Virus record (IMG/VR): IMGVR_UViG_3300027690_000133 | Span: 1-33,212 of that record | Strand: one strand, 5' to 3' | DNA: 33,212 bases | Source: a virus | Lineage: Duplodnaviria > Caudoviricetes | Shown here: in pieces, positions 29,065 to 33,212 of the stretch | How the letters are laid out: each line of letters begins with the position of its first letter | How positions within the stretch are numbered: the stretch's first letter is position 1 | Translations under genes and position numbers: made by a program | Notes under the pieces: generated by a model | Seen by the model: the letters and a program-made list of their open reading frames with translations, nothing else | The model's database searches: none | What the model was told of the DNA's origin: nothing

Positions 29065-29365
29065 AGTCTGGTTCTTGGCCGATCTGGATTAAAATTTCCC
29101 AATCCTCGCCACACTCATCACAGTAGTTTTCGGTCCATGATTTATTGCCTATAATATCAATTATCTCCGCTTCTGTCGGTTGGTCTAATTTCAGCAGTTT
29201 TTCGTATATTTCCAATTTATCGCCGCCAGGGGTCATATATCTTTTGTATTGCTTATACCATGACTTGGTAATATTATCTATTTTGTGTTGTTTGGTTATT
29301 ATTTTCATAACACCCCCACTATCTTTACAGCTACTATCAGGACTATTACAGAGGACAGAGTCCAA
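28994..29365 (-). CDS. Zinc-finger phage protein (probable start MKIITK)
   Basis: CDEC ... CQSC pairs. Confidence 0.7.
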   Translation of the reverse strand: MDSVLCNSPDSSCKDSGGVMKIITKQHKIDNITKSWYKQYKRYMTPGGDKLEIYEKLLKLDQPTEAEIIDIIGNKSWTENYCDECGEDWEILIQIGQEPDYESRTAKICQSCLRKASDIILSR

Positions 29366-29409
29366 AAGAGTATTGACAGTATGCGGTTTATGAGTTCTTC
29401 AAAGTCCAT

Positions 29410-29631
29410 CTATACAGCCTTATCATAACCTATTGTCGTAGAATCACCGCTTAGAGTTACGGGATAATAGGTATACGGCCACTCCCATCTCCACGGATAA
29501 ATAACCCACGGGGAAACCGGGGATTCGTATATCTCTTTTAGTTGGTTATATAGAGCCCTGGCTTCAGTATTCGACAGGGTGACCTCTTTACCCTTGCCTA
29601 TTTTTATTTTAACGTTAATTTGTACTTCCAT
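29410..29631 (-). CDS. Hypothetical phage protein
   Basis: EAR.LY.QLKEIY...PW pattern; co-oriented. Confidence 0.65.
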   Translation of the reverse strand: MEVQINVKIKIGKGKEVTLSNTEARALYNQLKEIYESPVSPWVIYPWRWEWPYTYYPVTLSGDSTTIGYDKAV

Positions 29632-29649
29632 TTATTACATCCCTATTTG

Positions 29650-29816
29650 TCACGCCGCAATTAAAGCCCTTTTCTCTAGTCGCCTTTTCCTTTTGGCGGC
29701 TCGCCTGGCTTTATTTTTTATCCATCTTTTTTCAAGTGTATATCTCATTTGTGCCGGTTTTTTTTCTTCCGGCCGTACTTTCTTGTCTTTCTCCCTGTTT
29801 TTGTTTTTGTAGCCAT
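29650..29816 (-). CDS. Highly basic peptide, split by an A8 run (23 aa in frame 0; 55 aa ending -ALIAA with a -1 shift)
   Basis: GAGGT SD; MATKTKTGRKTRKYGRKKKNRHK* in frame 0; -1 frame continues PAQMRYTLEKRWIKNKARRAAKRKRRLEKRALIAA*. Confidence 0.65.
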
Positions 29817-29832
29817 ACTTTACCTCATCATG

Positions 29833-29910
29833 TGGACGCTATCGGAATCGAACCGATGTCTTACAGGTTCCTGTCGGTCTTACTTGTAAGCGAAGCCATT
29901 TACAGCGCCC
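29833..29910 (-). ncRNA. Mini-tmRNA-like RNA (tRNA-like domain only)
   Basis: GGGCGCU/AGCGUCC acceptor with G3:U70 and A73; stemless D-loop GUAAAUGGCUUCG; 9-bp P2 (1 mismatch); GAC linker; T-arm AUCGG-UUCGAUU-CCGAU. Confidence 0.75.
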
Positions 29911-29913
29911 CAA

Positions 29914-29986
29914 TGGTCATGTGTTGGAATCGAACCAACAAAATACCCCAAAAGGGGTTAGCGTCAGCCAATTGCGCCTCCATGAC
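29914..29986 (-). ncRNA. tRNA-like RNA lacking an anticodon loop
   Basis: Acceptor GUCAUG/CAUGAC, D-arm GGCG/CGCU with GG, ACCCC-UUUU-GGGGU arm, 6-bp T-arm with UUCGAUU. Confidence 0.75.
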
Positions 29987-29992
29987 ATTTTT

Positions 29993-30030
29993 TCCCTTCC
30001 CATCCCCGGCGTTGCACCGGGGCGGGAGGA
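29993..30030 (-). ncRNA. T-loop-capped long hairpin (minihelix-like)
   Basis: UCCUCCC-G-CCCCGG-UGCAACG-CCGGGG-AU-GGGAAGGGA. Confidence 0.5.
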
Positions 30031-30034
30031 AAAT

Positions 30035-30116
30035 ACCTTCCAAATTTCGCAGGCTAAAGGAACGCGTCCCGTCAACCATTTATCCAGGCATGGAGCCGAT
30101 CAAAGGCGTGGAAGGT
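30035..30116 (-). ncRNA. Unassigned 82-nt structured RNA at the 5' end of the transcript
   Basis: Closing stem ACCUUCCA/UGGAAGGU, nested CGC/GCG and GGCU/AGCC, hairpins CCAU/AUGG and GGGA/UUCC. Confidence 0.55.
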
Positions 30117-30127
30117 TCACTATTACA

Positions 30128-30156
30128 AGTATAATATATTATGTCCCATTTGTCAA
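30128..30156 (-). promoter_or_regulatory. Near-consensus sigma70 promoter TTGACA-N17-TATACT driving the ncRNA cluster
   Basis: -35 at 30151-30156, -10 at 30128-30133, AT-rich UP element; predicted TSS near 30121. Confidence 0.85.
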
Positions 30157-30244
30157 GTTATTTTTGATTATTTTATAAAATTATTAAATAATCTAAGTTA
30201 ATACGCAATGCGGATATTATTTGTTGTACGAAATGGCGCAAAAC

Positions 30245-30445
30245 TTATTGTAGCCTTTCCGCTTTTGTTAAATCAATATTTTGCATTATTCTTCCGATGT
30301 AACATCCCCCCATTTTAGGCTTTTTTAGTCTCCAACCGGCGGAACATTTATCCTCATCAGAACCGTTATGGCCTCTTTCACACTCGGTACAATCAACATA
30401 AAGTTTCCCCTTGTTATCATAAAAACTTGCTACTTTTTTCATCAC
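30245..30445 (-). CDS. Cys-rich cassette protein
   Basis: C.EC.RG.NG...CSAGW....GC; AGGAG SD; flanked by 22-bp inverted repeats. Confidence 0.75.
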   Translation of the reverse strand: MMKKVASFYDNKGKLYVDCTECERGHNGSDEDKCSAGWRLKKPKMGGCYIGRIMQNIDLTKAERLQ

Positions 30446-30484
30446 GTTCTCCTTTAAATTTTATTCTGTAATTTGCGCCACTTC

Positions 30485-30538
30485 GTACAACAACGGGCAA
30501 GCGACATTAAAACGATCGCCTGCCCTGTTTAGTTAGGC
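30485..30538 (+). repeat. attC-like site 1
   Basis: GTACAAC ... GGGCAAGCGA/TCGCCTGCCC hairpin ... GTTAGGC. Confidence 0.7.
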
Positions 30539-30733
30539 GACATTGTTTTTAAAAAATAGTCTTTCTAAGTCATTGCAACTTTCTCCATTTCTGTAAAAAT
30601 AAACACACCTTACACACACATGCAATTTATTATAATTCACACACTCTTCATGGTTAACTTCATGTGAAACAACGTCGCCTAACAGCGGGTATCCAAAACC
30701 GCTGTTACCCTTCGCATTACCTTTTTCTGTCAT
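30533..30733 (-). CDS. Cys-rich cassette protein starting inside attC-like site 2
   Basis: GGAGG SD; stop codon is the TTA of the GTTAGGC core. Confidence 0.6.
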   Translation of the reverse strand: MTEKGNAKGNSGFGYPLLGDVVSHEVNHEECVNYNKLHVCVRCVYFYRNGESCNDLERLFFKNNVA

Positions 30734-30799
30734 GATGCTTTTCCTCCGTTTTAAATTATTTCCGTCAATCGGCTTCGGATCACCCGCTATATGTTAGGC
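30677..30799 (+). repeat. attC-like site 2
   Basis: GCCTAAC AGCGGGTATCCAAAACCG ... CGGCTTCGGATCACCCGCT ATAT GTTAGGC, with one extrahelical base. Confidence 0.7.
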
Positions 30800-30839
30800 G
30801 AAAATAACCGCCCTTTTCTATCACCAATTTTTAGTTAAT

Positions 30840-31019
30840 TTATTCCTTATCTCTTGAACTTCCTTTTAAATCCGCGAACACGGCATCATGCGCCATTGAT
30901 TCCCTGTTTTGCAATTTATCTTCCAGCCAACGGATATATTTGACATTGAATATATCTATACCTGGACTTAGTTCGCTACTATCGGTTTCTCTCTTGAATC
31001 GATCTCTTAATGATGACAT
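30840..31019 (-). CDS. Hypothetical protein, 59 aa (MSSLRDRFKRET...YIRWLE)
   Basis: Translated by hand; GGAGGGAG SD. Confidence 0.6.
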   Translation of the reverse strand: MSSLRDRFKRETDSSELSPGIDIFNVKYIRWLEDKLQNRESMAHDAVFADLKGSSRDKE

Positions 31020-31382
31020 TCACTCCCTCCTTAAATTCAACGGCGCATATTCCGGGGCTTAATTTATTGTCACGTTTTCCCGTGTGTCCAAAATCAATAA
31101 TATAGTATTTTTAATCTCTGAATCGTCGATAAAATATTCCTGGTGCATTGGTCCGTGGCATTCGTCAATGATACGGAATATCAGGGAGCGGAGATCGTCA
31201 AAGGTTATGTATATTATTCTATCCCCGCCTTTCATACATCCGCCCCAGGATAAAAAACATTGCAGAGAATAACGTCAGTACAGATACGATGAAAAGAATT
31301 TGACAGGTGTAATCGAGTGCTGAATATTGCACGGCCTCATAATATCGGTCAACCGCCGAAACCAGAATCGCCTCGTGATAAT

Positions 31383-31751
31383 TCATCCCTTGATTACCTC
31401 CATCAATTTATCATACTGCTCTTTGTCCCACTCTTTGCGGGTGATTCCGTTATCGACTAAATATTGTTTAATGGGTATATTTTCAAGTTCGCATAATCTG
31501 GCGTATAACTCTTCCCCGATGTGCTTTTCTATAAACTTCTCGCCCTGCTTAGTGTGAAAAAATTTATGACACACCATGCAACCGGGTATTCCGTTCAAGG
31601 GATCGTGTCTCGTTAAAGAGTGACGCCTCTTGATTATGTGGTGACATTCGACGTTCGCAAATCGTGCATCGGCTCCACAATAAGCACAACGGTTACCGTT
31701 AAGGATTAAAACGGCCTTTCGCCAAAGTTGCTGCAAATATCCGTCCGTCAC
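31383..31751 (-). CDS. NinG/Rap-like HNH endonuclease
   Basis: LW......RCAYCG....ECHHII.R....TRHD..NG...C..CH. Confidence 0.8.
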   Translation of the reverse strand: MTDGYLQQLWRKAVLILNGNRCAYCGADARFANVECHHIIKRRHSLTRHDPLNGIPGCMVCHKFFHTKQGEKFIEKHIGEELYARLCELENIPIKQYLVDNGITRKEWDKEQYDKLMEVIKG

Positions 31752-31918
31752 GCCCCGAACCTCTCATTATAATTTCTTAACAGCGACCAATAGCAACTCA
31801 ATGATTTATTAAACATGTCTTCTCGTATCCGCTCCCGTGCCTCGGCTAAATCCGGACGGTCTTTTGTTTCCTTACAGCGGATGTCAAACATGGCTTGTAT
31901 TTTTTCTTTGTCCGTCAT

Positions 31919-32173
31919 TTAATCACCAATCATAAAACCGATTGAAAAGAATCCCGCATAAAATTGGATTGTTTTTTTACCAATAAATCCAAACGTATAG
32001 GGTGTTACAATTTTCCAAAACAAATAATTAGTAAAACCAACCCTAAGTTTAAATGAGCCTATATTAAACCCGGCCCACCGGAGCCTGCGCTCACTCCTAG
32101 CTGGAGCCGTTTTGCATCCCCACTGGAAGATCGTAATTTTACTGTAATTTTCTTTTTCCATTTCATCCTCCAT
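31919..32173 (-). CDS. Hypothetical protein
   Basis: GGAGG SD; downstream of promoter 32180-32208. Confidence 0.55.
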   Translation of the reverse strand: MEDEMEKENYSKITIFQWGCKTAPARSERRLRWAGFNIGSFKLRVGFTNYLFWKIVTPYTFGFIGKKTIQFYAGFFSIGFMIGD

Positions 32174-32179
32174 ACATCA

Positions 32180-32208
32180 ACCTTACTGAATTATGTCTCT
32201 AAAGTCAA
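32180..32208 (-). promoter_or_regulatory. Promoter TTGACT-N17-TAAGGT
   Basis: Same architecture and upstream motif as the 30128-30156 promoter. Confidence 0.55.
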
Positions 32209-32265
32209 ATTATTTTTGATTGTTTTAGTGTATTTTTTTGTTATCTAAGATTGTTTGATTATGGT

Positions 32266-32634
32266 CTATGTCAGCTTCTCCACGCGTTTAATAAACTCAT
32301 CCATCATGTAATTATAGTATTCCTCGGAGTCTTCTATGCCCCTGTCATTTCTTCGCCATGCTTTGAAAAGCTCTTCCCGTAGTATCTGGCTTTTACTTCG
32401 CTTGTCGATTTTTTTTATTGGCGGGAGGTCTATAATATCCTTTGTCTCAATCTGATGGACATTGAACGTAAACCATCCGAGTTGATTTAAGTAATTCATT
32501 AGGGTTGACACCGATTCCGGCTTTAGTCCTTCCTGTGTGTCAATCTGAAGTCGCACCGAACCGCCGGACATGGTGGTCATCTTTGTGATGTAGCCTGGTA
32601 CTTGAAATATTCTGTATTCTGTGTTATCCTTCAT
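32266..32634 (-). CDS. Conserved-looking phage nin-region hypothetical protein
   Basis: T...GSVRL..DTQE, GWF.F, KSQ.LR..LF..W, YY...M. Confidence 0.7.
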   Translation of the reverse strand: MKDNTEYRIFQVPGYITKMTTMSGGSVRLQIDTQEGLKPESVSTLMNYLNQLGWFTFNVHQIETKDIIDLPPIKKIDKRSKSQILREELFKAWRRNDRGIEDSEEYYNYMMDEFIKRVEKLT

Positions 32635-32644
32635 AACTCTTCTT

Positions 32645-32968
32645 TTATCCTATCTTTTTTTTTAATAATCTAATAAGTTCGTTTCCGCCTTTCTTACTCT
32701 TTTTATTGCAATCGAAAAAAAGATAAGGAAGTGTAACGAAATAATCTGTTTTAATCTTGGGAATATATTTTAAAACACATTCCCAAGAACAGAAATGTAA
32801 ATATTCTGGTTGATCTGAATTTTTAAAAATAGTCATTTCCAACCTTTCGGTTTCGTTTGGATATTCTTTAATTTCTTTTTTGCATTCATCACACCCATAT
32901 ACCCCTGGAGAAATACACCGTTTTTTCTCCACCATTACTTTTTTGTATTCTGCTTTTTTGATTATCAT
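32645..32968 (-). CDS. Zinc-binding hypothetical protein
   Basis: CDEC and HFCSWEC motifs; GGAGG SD. Confidence 0.7.
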   Translation of the reverse strand: MIIKKAEYKKVMVEKKRCISPGVYGCDECKKEIKEYPNETERLEMTIFKNSDQPEYLHFCSWECVLKYIPKIKTDYFVTLPYLFFDCNKKSKKGGNELIRLLKKKIG

Positions 32969-32993
32969 ATCCCCTCCTTCTGACGTTGTTATT

Positions 32994-33212
32994 TTAATCT
33001 TCCATTACGCATTTATCCATTTTGTGTGAGGTCCAGCACATCAGGTAATCGTCGCAATGATGATCACAATTACATTTATATGCCGGGACACAATCATCTG
33101 GAATTTCACCACAAGGAAATAAATCATTTACCCCGCAACCGCAATCATCTGAGCATAGGCCATCAAAACCTTTCTCTTCGAGATAATTTTTAATCAATTC
33201 TTTTACTGTCAT
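32994..33212 (-). CDS. Cys-rich hypothetical phage protein
   Basis: YL...GFDGLC..CGC...DL.PC....C.P.Y. Confidence 0.7.
   Translation of the reverse strand: MTVKELIKNYLEEKGFDGLCSDDCGCGVNDLFPCGEIPDDCVPAYKCNCDHHCDDYLMCWTSHKMDKCVMED

Larger units (their letters stand above)
2..33212. mobile_element. Temperate siphovirus-like phage/prophage (partial; replication and repressor genes not in window)
   Basis: Complete, ordered packaging-head-neck-tail-lysis module on the - strand plus a large serine recombinase. No housekeeping genes. Boundaries are not visible, and 1-3490 could belong to a separate element. Confidence 0.93.

Noticed and set aside
29650-29910. Permuted two-piece tmRNA gene
   Set aside because: The 5' and 3' acceptor strands are in standard order and joined by a short loop; no pseudoknots or P2 partner were seen downstream
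29833-29986. Two ordinary tRNA genes
   Set aside because: Neither has a 7-nt anticodon loop: one lacks a D-stem and has a 13-nt loop, the other has a 4-nt loop
29993-30116. Theta/HDV-like ribozyme or Y RNA
   Set aside because: I could not build the HDV nested pseudoknot, the element is 5' rather than 3' of the tRNA-like genes, the Ro-binding motif is not convincing and there is no Ro/Rsr gene in the window; needs an Infernal scan to exclude fully
30793-31400. Third complete attC cassette
   Set aside because: It begins with GTTAGGCG, but no matching CGCCTAAC end or further attC hairpin was found downstream
457-33212. TAG stop-codon reassignment (prompted by the in-frame TAG at 463-465)
   Set aside because: Long genes are intact under code 11, TAG ends several plausible genes (e.g. 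28994, 29410, 32266) and there is no suppressor tRNA

Overview
This window is most of a temperate siphovirus-type phage genome, either a prophage or an excised/free form; the host cannot be identified from the sequence. The + strand left arm (1-3532) carries small accessory ORFs and a large serine recombinase whose C-terminal codons read through what looks like the antisense 3' end of a tRNA-Arg (candidate att site); an HNH gene sits on the - strand here. From 33212 down to about 3500 nearly everything is on the - strand. In order: nin-like small genes, an integron-like attC cassette array, a promoter-driven cluster of tRNA-like RNAs, TerS/TerL (PBSX type), SPP1-like portal, minor head protein, scaffold, DUF5309-like capsid, cement protein, neck and tail genes (with a classic -1 frameshifted tail chaperone), tape measure, tail tip, lysis genes (M23 peptidase), a fibre-like module, and an NrdD-fragment/phosphoesterase/HExxH cluster. 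The most striking feature lies at 29650-30156. A consensus sigma70 promoter drives four structured RNAs, including a 78-nt mimic of the tmRNA tRNA-like domain with no tag-coding region and a tRNA-shaped RNA with no anticodon loop. These are followed by a frameshifted, very basic peptide ending in an ssrA-like degron (-LIAA). All family assignments come from motif recognition by eye; no database searches were run.
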